Source of the DNA: an uncultured Verrucomicrobiae bacterium
GTDB lineage: Bacteria > Verrucomicrobiota > Verrucomicrobiia > Chthoniobacterales > Chthoniobacteraceae
Reading direction: 5' to 3'
NCBI GenBank assembly: GCA_963828525.1
Contig: CAWHEP010000002.1
Span: 539,115 to 603,114 of the forward strand
DNA length: 64,000 bases
Below, piece after piece: positions 24,162 to 33,153 of the stretch. The notes beneath the pieces were generated by a model. The model saw nothing but the letters and a program-made list of their open reading frames with translations. It had not been told where the DNA came from and made no database searches. The position numbers and the translations under genes are program-made. How positions within the stretch are numbered: the stretch's first letter is position 1; every line of letters begins with the position of its first letter.

Positions 24162-24335
24162 ACTCAATAATTTCCTGAGCGAATTTGATTAAAACCCCGC
24201 CAAGTTCAATGGCTTGATCTTTCGTTAGTTCAACCGGATCGCCATGGCGTTCGACTGCCTTTATATGCACTGCTTCTTGTTCAATCGGAAGCGTAAATCC
24301 CCGTTTAAGATTTCAAAATTCCTATTCAGGTTCAT
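24160..24335 (-). CDS. Small hypothetical (possible immunity) protein; frameshifted, AT-rich
   Basis: MNLNRNFEILNGDLRF..IEQEAVHIKAVERHGDPVELTKDQAIELGGVLIKFAQEIIE*. Confidence 0.5.
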
Positions 24336-24339
24336 CGGC

Positions 24340-25539
24340 TTATTTGCTCCCGAGCATATGGCGGATGCCCAACTCTAAGCCGCGCAGTTCGGCTAGACCC
24401 CTCAATCTTCCAATGGCGGAGTAACCGGGATAGAACGACTGCTTGAGATCGCCGAGCATACGGTGGCCGTGATCGGGCCGCATCGGCAGCGGCGTGAAAT
24501 CCCCGTGCGTGGCCCGGCGGTCGAGTTCCTCGATCGCGGCCAGCATGACAGCCGCCATATCGGCGCTTCCGCCGAGGTGATCCGCTTCATAAAAGCTGCC
24601 GTCGGCTTCGCGCTGGACACTGCGCAGGTGCAGAAAATGGACGCGGTGGCCGATGCGGCGAAAGATGGCGGGAAGATCGTTGGCGGGATGTGCGCCCAGC
24701 GATCCGGTGCAGAAGGTGATTCCGTTGGCGGGGGAATCCACGGCGGTCAAAATGGCGTCGAGGTCCTCCGGTGTGCCGGCGATGCGGGGCAGGCCAAAAA
24801 TCGGAAAGGGAGGATCATCCGGATGGAGGCCAAGCGAGATGCCGCAGTCCTCGGCGACAGGAACGACATGACGGAGAAAAGCGGCATGGTTTTCCCGCAG
24901 GCGCGCCGAGTCAATGGATTGATATTGATCCAGTGCCGCACGAAACTGGTCGAGCGTCAGGTCCTCGACCGTGCCGGGCAGCCCGAGAAGGATGGTGCGC
25001 GTGAGAGCCTCGCGCCGTTCGGTGGAAAGCTGTTCATGACGCCTGGCGGCCCGCGCGCAAACTTCGGGCGAATGACTCGCCTGCGCTCCGGCTCGCTTCA
25101 GGATGTGAAGATCGAAGAGGGCGGCGTCGACGGCGTCAAAACGCAGCGCTTCCGCGCCGTCCGGGAGGATCCAGGCGAGATTGGTCCGCGTCCAGTCGAG
25201 CGGCATGAAATTGTAGCAGACGACCTTGAGCCCGCACGCGGCGAGGTTGCGCAGGCTTTGCGCATAGTTGGCCAGGTAGCGTTCGGCATCGCTCTTCGCC
25301 TGCTTGATGTCCTCGTGCACAGGCACGCTTTCAACCACCGACCAGCGCAGACCGGCCCGTTCGATGGTTTCCATGCGGCGGCGGATTTCCTCGACCGGCC
25401 AAACGTTGCCGTTGGAGAGATGGTGCAGGGCGGTTACGACGCCCGTCGCGCCGGCCTGCTGGATGGACGCGAGCGGGACCGGGTCATCGGGTCCAAACCA
25501 ACGCCAGGTTTGTTCCAGCCATGGAGTGATGGGGGGCAT
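24340..25539 (-). CDS. uxuA: Mannonate dehydratase
   Basis: EQTWRWFGPDD, WSVVESVPVHEDIK, CYNFMP.DWTRT, HPDDPP, PMRPDHGH, PGYSAIGRLRGLAE. Confidence 0.97.
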   Translation of the reverse strand: MPPITPWLEQTWRWFGPDDPVPLASIQQAGATGVVTALHHLSNGNVWPVEEIRRRMETIERAGLRWSVVESVPVHEDIKQAKSDAERYLANYAQSLRNLAACGLKVVCYNFMPLDWTRTNLAWILPDGAEALRFDAVDAALFDLHILKRAGAQASHSPEVCARAARRHEQLSTERREALTRTILLGLPGTVEDLTLDQFRAALDQYQSIDSARLRENHAAFLRHVVPVAEDCGISLGLHPDDPPFPIFGLPRIAGTPEDLDAILTAVDSPANGITFCTGSLGAHPANDLPAIFRRIGHRVHFLHLRSVQREADGSFYEADHLGGSADMAAVMLAAIEELDRRATHGDFTPLPMRPDHGHRMLGDLKQSFYPGYSAIGRLRGLAELRGLELGIRHMLGSK

Positions 25540-25660
25540 AATTTTCGAAAGAGTGAGGATGCGTATGGCGCCGGATGCGTCGGATACCTTGAGAAATCCC
25601 TGCGACTGATTGGGTCGAAGATCGCATTCCGAGGGAAAGGACCAAGTCTTGGCCGTTTTT

Positions 25661-28288
25661 TCATGGTTGGCTGGGACCTTTGTTTTGCGGAGGCGGGTTC
25701 AAAACCTTGACGCGGTAGGCGAAGAGGTATTGATCGATCAAGCCTCCGTCCGAACTAGAAACGAGACTGACGCGCAATTGAAGATCGGCGGGGGCGGCGA
25801 TATCTAATGGCAGGGGCAGCAGCCCCTGGCAGAGTGCACCTTCGGTAACGGTGGGAACTCTTGCCGTGGCGCTGCCGGTTTGCAGGACCTTGCCGTTCTG
25901 CTCGACCTGATATCGGAGCTCGCAATCGGGCGTAGCCGCGGTGTCGTTGCAGACCCAGATTTCGACGTTCGGCTTCGCTGAGGCGGAGAATTCCGACTGC
26001 CCTTTTTCGCTCCGCACCTGCACGGCGATGGGCGCGAGTGCATCGCGATAGGCATACCATGCCTTCTTTGGCTGCCGGTCGACGTCCATGATCGATTTCA
26101 GCCAACCAGCCGGCCACGCATCGATCAGCAGATGAATGGCGAAGGAATTCATCCGAGTCATTCGGCGAAAGGCCTCGGTCTTCAGCTTGATGACATCCGC
26201 CTGGTGGGACTGCGAGGCATCCACCCATTCCGCCATCGTGCGCGGCTCCGTGTACCACAGCTTGAATTTCCCCATGGTCTGGGAGCCGGGGATGCGATCA
26301 GGCTTCCATGAACCGTCTGTGCCGGCGGTGAGCCACGCGGGTGGGTAATACTTTTCCATCGTCTGGATGGAGTCGAGACCCTCCACGCCGAACTCCCCAC
26401 AGCCGTACATCCAATCTTTCCGGACCTTCATCCAGTAGCCGGCCTGGAGACGGTCCAACGAGACGCCGTGCTGACCGTACCAGCCGCTGTAGCAATGATT
26501 GTCCGGGTAGCCGTCGGAGGGAGGGTTGTAGTCGCCATCGATCAGCTTCATCGCCTGGTCCGGGTTCTCGATGCGCACGAGTTTGCGGGCGCAATCGAGC
26601 AGTTGCTCGAGCTGCTCACGATTCAGCGCAAAGGCCTTGCCGCCGGTGCCACTGCCGCTGTCGGGTTCGTTCATGAGCGAGATCATCACCGCCGATGGGT
26701 GGCTGCGCACCGTGCGTTCCATTTCCACCGCCTGGCGCAACACCTCCGGCGCCTGCTTGAAGCTCACCAGCGCGAACAGCGGCAGGTCCGATTGCGTCAT
26801 CAACCCGAGCCGGTCGCAGCAGTCGTAAAACTCCTGGGGCATCACTGTCTGCGTGCAGCGAATGAAGTTCAGGCGCGTGATCTTTGCCAGCAGAACGTCG
26901 TCGATGAGCCGGTTCCAATCCCGCCGCATCACGTCGAGCTGGAAATTGCCCATCTCGTTTGCGCCGCGCAGGCGGATTTCCTGGCCATTCAGGTAAAAGC
27001 GGCCATGCGGCTCGGAATCCTCCCGCAGTTCGAACGAGCGCATGCCAAAGGATTTGTCCATGGAGTCGACCAGGTCGCCACTGGCCCCGATAAGCTGCAC
27101 GCGCGCGGTGTAGAGCCACGGCTGATCCAATGTCCAGGTGCGCGAGTTCGGGATCGGCACTCGGACATGATAGATGCACCTTGTTCCAGCGAGCGAGAAC
27201 ACGATGGGCTTGGCGCCTTGCGGAACCACCGTCTCCTGGAAGTTGCGTCCAAAGAGCGAGACGCTGAGTCTGGCAGCGCCGTTTGCCTCCGAGGGGTTCT
27301 CCACCTCGACCGCGACATCGACTGATTTGTCCGCGAGATTGGGACGCGGAAAGACATCACCCAAGTAACTGTCCGAGCGGGTCTCCATGGAAACGCCCTG
27401 ATAGATACCGAACCCGTTGGGCGTGCCGTTCCAGCCGAATTCCGGATCGTCCCAGCCGGGCGAGTTCGAGGCCTCGATCTTGTCTCCGAACGTGCGCGGG
27501 ATATTCTTCTTTCGGTTCGCGGTCTCACCCGTCGGGGAGGACCCGATACCCATGCGCGAAGAGTTCCGCACCTTTACCAGGAGGACATTATAGCCCTTCC
27601 GCGCGTATGGCGTAAAATCGACGTCGAACGCGCCGAAGTACCCCTTGTGCCCGCCAACGTAGTGGCCATTGACGTAGACCTCGGCAAAATAGGAAACGCC
27701 GTTGAAGTGCACGATGAGCCGGTCCTTGCTCTTCATCGCGTCCGGGAGGTTGAAGACCGTGCGGTACCAGCACACCGCCTGCTCGCCGGGGCCGGTGTAA
27801 TGCGGGATGGCCTCATCCTTCCACGCGCCGTTGCCCGCCAGCGTCCAGGTGAAATCGGCGCGATCCTCCGGGGTCTCCATGCGGAATTGCATCCGTTGGA
27901 TGGGAATCGACATGCGCACGTCCGGCGGCGGCGGGGTGAACTCCTGGAAAAATGGGCGAAATTTGTCCCGGGCATCCTTCAGCGCGGCAGCCAGCTTCTC
28001 CGGCGTGTCGATCTTCTCGATCGGCTTCACGGGCTCGCCGCCGTTCCATGGCAGTAGATTCTGTGGGACGGGCGCGGGTCCCGGCACTTCCATGGGCTCG
28101 CGCCCGTGAACGGTGATTTTTTGCGCGGCAATCTGGCCGTAGACATCATCCTGCTGGGCAAAAGCGCCGTGCGACGCAACGGCAAACACGAATAATAGCG
28201 GGATGATCGGGCGAAGGGACATTATCGGGAGCATGCGGCTTGAAACGCGGGTTGTTATCATTGGCTTTACGGCGAATTGCATCCTCAT
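25661..28288 (-). CDS. Secreted glycoside hydrolase family 2 protein
   Basis: WYRTVF, FNGVSY..VYVNG..VGGH, W..DQPWLY, FGMRSF, LRGAN, HPS...NEP, GEFG; AAGGAG RBS. Confidence 0.85.
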   Translation of the reverse strand: MRMQFAVKPMITTRVSSRMLPIMSLRPIIPLLFVFAVASHGAFAQQDDVYGQIAAQKITVHGREPMEVPGPAPVPQNLLPWNGGEPVKPIEKIDTPEKLAAALKDARDKFRPFFQEFTPPPPDVRMSIPIQRMQFRMETPEDRADFTWTLAGNGAWKDEAIPHYTGPGEQAVCWYRTVFNLPDAMKSKDRLIVHFNGVSYFAEVYVNGHYVGGHKGYFGAFDVDFTPYARKGYNVLLVKVRNSSRMGIGSSPTGETANRKKNIPRTFGDKIEASNSPGWDDPEFGWNGTPNGFGIYQGVSMETRSDSYLGDVFPRPNLADKSVDVAVEVENPSEANGAARLSVSLFGRNFQETVVPQGAKPIVFSLAGTRCIYHVRVPIPNSRTWTLDQPWLYTARVQLIGASGDLVDSMDKSFGMRSFELREDSEPHGRFYLNGQEIRLRGANEMGNFQLDVMRRDWNRLIDDVLLAKITRLNFIRCTQTVMPQEFYDCCDRLGLMTQSDLPLFALVSFKQAPEVLRQAVEMERTVRSHPSAVMISLMNEPDSGSGTGGKAFALNREQLEQLLDCARKLVRIENPDQAMKLIDGDYNPPSDGYPDNHCYSGWYGQHGVSLDRLQAGYWMKVRKDWMYGCGEFGVEGLDSIQTMEKYYPPAWLTAGTDGSWKPDRIPGSQTMGKFKLWYTEPRTMAEWVDASQSHQADVIKLKTEAFRRMTRMNSFAIHLLIDAWPAGWLKSIMDVDRQPKKAWYAYRDALAPIAVQVRSEKGQSEFSASAKPNVEIWVCNDTAATPDCELRYQVEQNGKVLQTGSATARVPTVTEGALCQGLLPLPLDIAAPADLQLRVSLVSSSDGGLIDQYLFAYRVKVLNPPPQNKGPSQP

Positions 28289-28295
28289 GTTCTCC

Positions 28296-28428
28296 TTAGT
28301 TAGCCTGTGGTTTCATCACCACCACTTTGTCCGCGAGCGCGGGCGGATCAATTTTCCAGGTCACAAGCTGGCCCTCTTTCACCGTACCGGTGATGATGCC
28401 GCCATGACTGACGTGCAGCTTGAAATTT
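28296..28428 (-). pseudogene. 3' remnant of an upstream gene, glycosidase-like C-terminus
   Basis: NFKLHVSHGGIITGTVKEGQLVTWKIDPPALADKVVVMKPQAN*; its stop abuts the GH2 RBS; no start, abrupt change to AT-rich DNA. Confidence 0.5.
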
Positions 28429-28437
28429 ATTCATCAT

Positions 28438-28780
28438 TTATTCTCCTGTTGTTGGGATGTGCGGGTCATCATTTACTTTGATTTTACGTCCATCCGAACC
28501 GTAAGCATGTACGTGATCCATCGCGGCATTTGGTAAATCCATACGGTTGACTGGTATCGAAGTCAATATGGCCTCTGTCTAGACGGAGGCGCTGTTCGCC
28601 GGTAGTGGGATTGTTCCATTTTCTTGGATAGTCTGGACTGGTCGTATTCCCGACGGGCTTCAAACCCCTTTCGTTTTGCAAGATCGCGGATTTCTGAACT
28701 GGTCTGCTCATATCGACGGACCGTCGCGGGTTTCTGGGAAATCCGTTACTCTCCCATGGATTCAATGGACCCATTGAACT
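28438..28780 (-). pseudogene. Polymorphic-toxin-like C-terminal domain fragment
   Basis: ..RLRLDRGHID.. then (shifted frame) NAAMDHVHAYGSDGRKIKVNDDPHIPTTGE*; low GC. Confidence 0.5.
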
Positions 28781-28841
28781 TATTTAGCGCGCGCTGGATC
28801 GCTCTGGAAGAAACCGGCCACGCTTAGGCGGTTTTTGAAAC

Positions 28842-28885
28842 TGGTCAGCTGGCGGGATCCGACCCGGGGCTCTTCGTCCTGAACG
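28842..28885 (-). pseudogene. Degenerate 3' half of a tRNA-Pro(CGG)-like gene (att-like remnant)
   Basis: Minus strand cgttcaggacgaagagccccgggtcggatcccgccagctgacca resembles anticodon arm + T arm + acceptor + CCA; no 5' half. Confidence 0.6.
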
Positions 28886-28898
28886 GCAAGCCCCACCC

Positions 28899-28949
28899 AC
28901 TGGTCACAGGGAGATGTGTGTTCCTCCCGGAAAAGGGCCTTTTCCTCCC
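28899..28949 (+). promoter_or_regulatory. Three 9-bp direct repeats with 21-bp period (candidate LytTR operator)
   Basis: actggtcac 28899, gttcctccc 28920, tttcctccc 28941. Confidence 0.5.
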
Positions 28950-29002
28950 AAACCGGTGGAGCAGCCGCATTCCCTGTCCTACGATGAATTACTGCAAATG
29001 CC

Positions 29003-29188
29003 ATGAAAGTTCAGCATCATCTTTACCGGCCTACGTCGCGCCGCGCGCCGCGCTTGCGCTACCGCATTCCCACCCACGAAGAAGCCGGCTCCTTCGAGTC
29101 GATGACCAGTGCTATCGTTTGGGCTCTGAAGAACGTGAGCGGCTGGGACTGGCACGTTGAGCCCTTTCACGATGAAAGCATTCTATGA
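29003..29188 (+). CDS. Small hypothetical protein coupled to the dioxygenase
   Basis: 61 aa ORF; ATGA overlap with the next gene. Confidence 0.4.
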   Translation: MKVQHHLYRPTSRRAPRLRYRIPTHEEAGSFESMTSAIVWALKNVSGWDWHVEPFHDESIL

Positions 29189-29886
29189 ACCAACAATCCA
29201 ATCGCCGCACCTTTCTGGGCGCGCTCGCCCTGGGCGTGCCCGCCTTTTTCACCACTCGGGGAGCCTTTGCCGAGCAGCTCTCCGGCACCCCGCCTCTGAC
29301 GGAGGGTCCCTTTTACCCCGACAAGCTCCCGCTCGACACCGATAACGATCTGCTCATCGTTAACGATTCCATCACTCCTGCCGTGGGGCAGATCGTGCAT
29401 CTCTCCGGCCGCGTGCTCAGCCCCTCTGGCAGCCCATTGCGGAATGCGACCGTGGAAATCTGGCAGACGGACAGTCACGGCGTGTACATCAACACGCGCG
29501 CCCCGGGCAGGGACCAGCTCGACCGGCATTTCCAAGGCTACGGGCGCTTCCTTACCGCCTCCACGGGCGAGTATTATTTCAGGACCATTAAGCCCGCGCC
29601 TTATTCGGGTCGCACCCGGCATATCCACATCCGGGTAAAACAGGGCGGGAAGGATTTGCTGACTACGCAGATCTTCGTCAAAGGCGAGCCGCTCAACGCC
29701 AGCGATGGAGTCTTGAGCGATCTGCAAAGCGCGCACGACCGGGACCTTGTCACCGTCGATTTTACGCCGGTCGCCGGCTCCGCCATCGGGGAGCTAGCGG
29801 CGAACTTCACCCTGATGCTCGGGCGCACCCCGGCGGAGGGGCCGCACGGACATCCGCCCGGTCCTCCCCCGGACGCCATCTTTTGA
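29185..29886 (+). CDS. Tat-exported intradiol ring-cleavage dioxygenase family protein
   Basis: RRTFLG Tat motif; TEGPFYP, VEIWQTD..GVY, FRTIKPAPY.GRTRHIH, LTTQ. Confidence 0.9.
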   Translation: MNQQSNRRTFLGALALGVPAFFTTRGAFAEQLSGTPPLTEGPFYPDKLPLDTDNDLLIVNDSITPAVGQIVHLSGRVLSPSGSPLRNATVEIWQTDSHGVYINTRAPGRDQLDRHFQGYGRFLTASTGEYYFRTIKPAPYSGRTRHIHIRVKQGGKDLLTTQIFVKGEPLNASDGVLSDLQSAHDRDLVTVDFTPVAGSAIGELAANFTLMLGRTPAEGPHGHPPGPPPDAIF

Positions 29887-29998
29887 TCATGCGGCGCGCC
29901 TCCTTCATGAGATCGGCTCTCGCCATTCCGCTGCCCTGCGGCTGCGTTCGACAGGATCGGCCGGCCATGGATATGCTGCGGCGGTTTTCTCCTCCGCC

Positions 29999-31090
29999 AT
30001 GCGCTTATGGTCCCGCCTTCCCTCCGAGCTGCGGAACTGGCTGCTGAGTTTTCTGGCTTGGGGCCTGGTGGCTTTCTCGATGGGTGCGGAGGACGCGGCG
30101 CACCATTCCCACTCGATCCTGCATGGCCTGCGAATGGGCCTGCGCGATTGGCTTCCCTGGGCCATCTTGACGCCCCTGATCTTTCAACTCGTGGCGCGGC
30201 TGCCCATCGACCGGCAGCGCTGGAAAATCGCGCTGCCCGTGCATGTCGTCTGCGGCATCGCCGCGGTGCTTGCTCTGCCAGTGGTGGAAGATGACGGTCG
30301 ACCGCACGATGCCGCCCGCCCCGGCGCCGGAGTTTCGCGAAAGCGGCTCCGCCCCCGCCCGGCGTGGCAGGAGGAGCGGGCCGCCTGGCCCGCGGGTTTC
30401 GACCTGCTCCATTTCGCCAGCTTCGAAATTCCCATCTACCTCATGCTGGTGAGCGCCGCGCACACCCTGCTCTTTTCCCGGCGCACGCGGGAGCGCGAGG
30501 CCAGCCTGGCGCGCGCCCTCTCGGAAGCGCAAAAGATGCAGCTCCAGCCGCATTTCTTTTCAACACGCTCAACATGATCGCCGAACTGGTGCACAGCGAG
30601 GCGGACCGGGCGGATGCCATGCTCATGGCCCTGAGCGACCTGCTGCGGCTGACCATGGACACGGCCGGGGAGCAGGAACTGCCGCTCAAGCGCGAACTGG
30701 AATTCATCGAGCGCTACCTGGCCATCATGCACGCGCGCTTTGAGGACAGGGTGCAATTTCAACTCGGCATCGATCCGGCCACCACCATGGCCCTGGTCCC
30801 CACCTTCCTGCTGCAACCCTTGGTTGAAAATGCCGTGGAGCACGGTCTGGGCTCGCGCCAGGAGGGCGGGCTTGATCACCATCCGCTCGCGCAGAGTCGG
30901 CAAGACCCTTCATCTCTCCGTGTCGGATAACGGCATCGGCCGCCCGGCGGGAGAAAATGGCCGGGTCGGCTTGGGGCTTGGCAACACGCGCGGGCGGCTC
31001 CACGAGCTTTACGGAGAGGCCGGGCGCCTGGAGCTGCACGACGCGGGCGGTCTCATCGTCGAGATCGCCATCCCTTTTCACACCGCATGA
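29999..31090 (+). CDS. LytS-type membrane sensor histidine kinase; frameshifted
   Basis: TM segments; MQLQPHF/FNTLN, LLQPLVENAVEHG, V.DNG.G, GLGLGNTRGRL. Confidence 0.92.
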
Positions 31091-31839
31091 AGATGCGCGT
31101 GATGATCGTGGATGACGAGAGGCTGGCCCGGAACCGCCTGCGGCGGTTGCTCGGCCGCGAGCCGGGCGTGGAGATCGTAGCCGAATGCGCGGACGGGCCC
31201 GCGGCCGTGAAGGCCGTGCAGGAGCGCGCGCCGGATCTCATGCTGCTGGATGTGCAAATGCCGGGCATGGACGGTTTCGCTGTGCTGGAGGCGCTCGGGC
31301 CGGAGCGCGCCCCGGCGGTCGTCTTCATCACCGCCTCGGATGAACACGCCATCCGCGCCTTCGAGGAGCATGCGCTGGATTACCTCATGAAGCCGGTCGC
31401 GCCCGAGCGCTTCGCGAAAATGCTGAGCCGCGCCCGGGAGCGCGCCGCCCGGGCCGAAGCCCCCTCGCAATCCGTGTTCGAGTTGCTCGCGCAGCGGAGC
31501 GCGGAAGGGCGGGCTCCCCGCCTGGTGGTGCGCAGCGGTGAGCGCACCACCTTTGTCTCGCCGGAGGAGATCGACTGGGTGGAAGCGGCGGGCAACTACG
31601 CCGTGCTGCATCTCGGCAAGAAGACGCACATCATCCGAGAGACCATGGCCGCGCTGGAGACGGCGTTGCCCGCGGAGTTCTTCCTGCGGGTCAGCCGGTC
31701 CGTGATCCTGAATCTTCGGCGTGTCGCGGAATTGCAGTCGCTTTTTGCCGGCGAACATGTGGCGATCCTGACCGATGGACAGCGCATCGGCATTACTCGC
31801 AGCCTGCGGGAAGTGGAGGACCGCCTCCGGCACGTATAA
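31087..31839 (+). CDS. LytTR family response regulator
   Basis: IVDDE, LDVQMP, LDYLMKP; IDWVEAAGNY, FLRVSRSVILN. Confidence 0.95.
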   Translation: MKMRVMIVDDERLARNRLRRLLGREPGVEIVAECADGPAAVKAVQERAPDLMLLDVQMPGMDGFAVLEALGPERAPAVVFITASDEHAIRAFEEHALDYLMKPVAPERFAKMLSRARERAARAEAPSQSVFELLAQRSAEGRAPRLVVRSGERTTFVSPEEIDWVEAAGNYAVLHLGKKTHIIRETMAALETALPAEFFLRVSRSVILNLRRVAELQSLFAGEHVAILTDGQRIGITRSLREVEDRLRHV

Positions 31840-31858
31840 TCAAATAAATGCAAACGTC

Positions 31859-32386
31859 ATGAAGCAACACCTTGCCGCGGTGCTTGGAATCTGCCTGTGC
31901 GCCGCTTCCGCCCACGCCGGTTCGAACGACGACCTGGAACAGGTCATCCAGAACGCCTCGAAGGGGCAAAACGCCGAGACCTCCGCCCAAGTCCGGGACT
32001 TCGCGGAAAGCCATCGCGACGAGATCTCGGGCATTACCCAAGGGTATCGTGCGTACATCAACCAGATTCAGGCGATGACTAACGACAACGGCCAAATGCC
32101 CGTGGCGAGCGTCACCGGCACGAACGCCGCCGCCGCTCAGCTCGCTGGCCAAACGGCCGCCGCGGCGGTCCAGCCGCAAACGGGATTGCAAACTGCCTCA
32201 TTGCAGCCCTCGTCCGGCCTGGTCACATCGCATTTGGATGGTTCTACGCCGCTGCCGGATGCCGCGCCCGTGAGTTCGCTTCTTCATCCTACCGCAGAAC
32301 AGTTGCAGCAGGGATCCGCAGCCCAGGCCGCCATGCAGGCACGGAAGCGCAGCCTCATGCAGACGCCGCTGCGTTATCAGGATTAA
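31859..32386 (+). CDS. Secreted hypothetical Ala/Gln-rich protein
   Basis: Signal peptide MKQHLAAVLGICLCAASAHA. Confidence 0.7.
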   Translation: MKQHLAAVLGICLCAASAHAGSNDDLEQVIQNASKGQNAETSAQVRDFAESHRDEISGITQGYRAYINQIQAMTNDNGQMPVASVTGTNAAAAQLAGQTAAAAVQPQTGLQTASLQPSSGLVTSHLDGSTPLPDAAPVSSLLHPTAEQLQQGSAAQAAMQARKRSLMQTPLRYQD

Positions 32387-32681
32387 GGGGAGTTTTTCCG
32401 CAGATTAACGCAGATTTACACAGATGAATGGACCCTGAATTCTGTCCCTAATCTGCGGAAAACATCCGGAACCCTAAAACGGGATATCGTCGTCGCATGC
32501 AGGCGCGGAAGCGCAGCCTCATGCAAACGCCGCTGCATTATCAAGATTAAGGGGAGTTTTTCCGCAGATTAACGCAGATTTACACAGATGAATGGACCCT
32601 GAATTCTGTCCCTAATCTGCGGAAATCTGCGTTAATCTGCGGAAAAACTCCCTCCTCCCTAAAACGGGATATCGTCGTCGC
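32332..32681. repeat. Imperfect tandem duplication (offset 164 bp) containing two copies of the CGCAGATT palindromic element
   Basis: catgcaggc..cctaaaacgggatatcgtcgtcgc at 32332-32496 and 32496-32681. Confidence 0.92.
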
Positions 32682-33141
32682 CTTCCAGGTCGGGGTCGAC
32701 CGGGGGTTTCGGCTGGGGAGCCCGGGCAGGCCGGGATTGCGGAGCGCCGGAGCCGCCCCCTGAGTAACCGCCGCCTTCTCCACCCTCACCACCGCCGCCG
32801 CCCCCGCCGCGCGACCCGAGAAGCTGCATGCCTTCACCCACCACCTTCAGCTTGCTGCGTTTCTGGCCGGTCGTTTTGTCCTCCCAGGAGTCGAGCTGGA
32901 GCCGGCCTTCGATGAAAACGGGGCGTCCCTTCTTGAGGTATTCGCCCGCGATCTCGGCCGTGCGGCCCCACAGGGTCACGTCGACAAAAGTGGTCTCCTC
33001 CCGCTTTTCCCCGTTGTCTCCGCTATAGATGCGGTTGATGGCCAGCCCGAGTTCCGCCACGGCGGTGCCCTTGGGAGTGTATTTCACTTCGGGGTCCCGC
33101 GTCAGGTTCCCCATCAACATGACTTTGTTCAGGTTGGCCAT
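32659..33141 (-). CDS. ssb: Single-stranded DNA-binding protein
   Basis: NKVMLMGNLTRDPE; C-terminal DDDIPF. Confidence 0.98.
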   Translation of the reverse strand: MANLNKVMLMGNLTRDPEVKYTPKGTAVAELGLAINRIYSGDNGEKREETTFVDVTLWGRTAEIAGEYLKKGRPVFIEGRLQLDSWEDKTTGQKRSKLKVVGEGMQLLGSRGGGGGGGEGGEGGGYSGGGSGAPQSRPARAPQPKPPVDPDLEGDDDIPF

Positions 33142-33153
33142 GGCGGGTGACCT

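Noticed and set aside
28838..28900. Functional tRNA gene
   Set aside because: No D arm or 5' acceptor strand, and the T-loop TTC is degenerate; kept only as a remnant
32332..32681. Diversity-generating retroelement VR/TR pair or CRISPR array
   Set aside because: Only four transitions, one in the wrong direction for adenine mutagenesis and mostly synonymous; no reverse transcriptase or cas genes; no unique spacers between identical repeats
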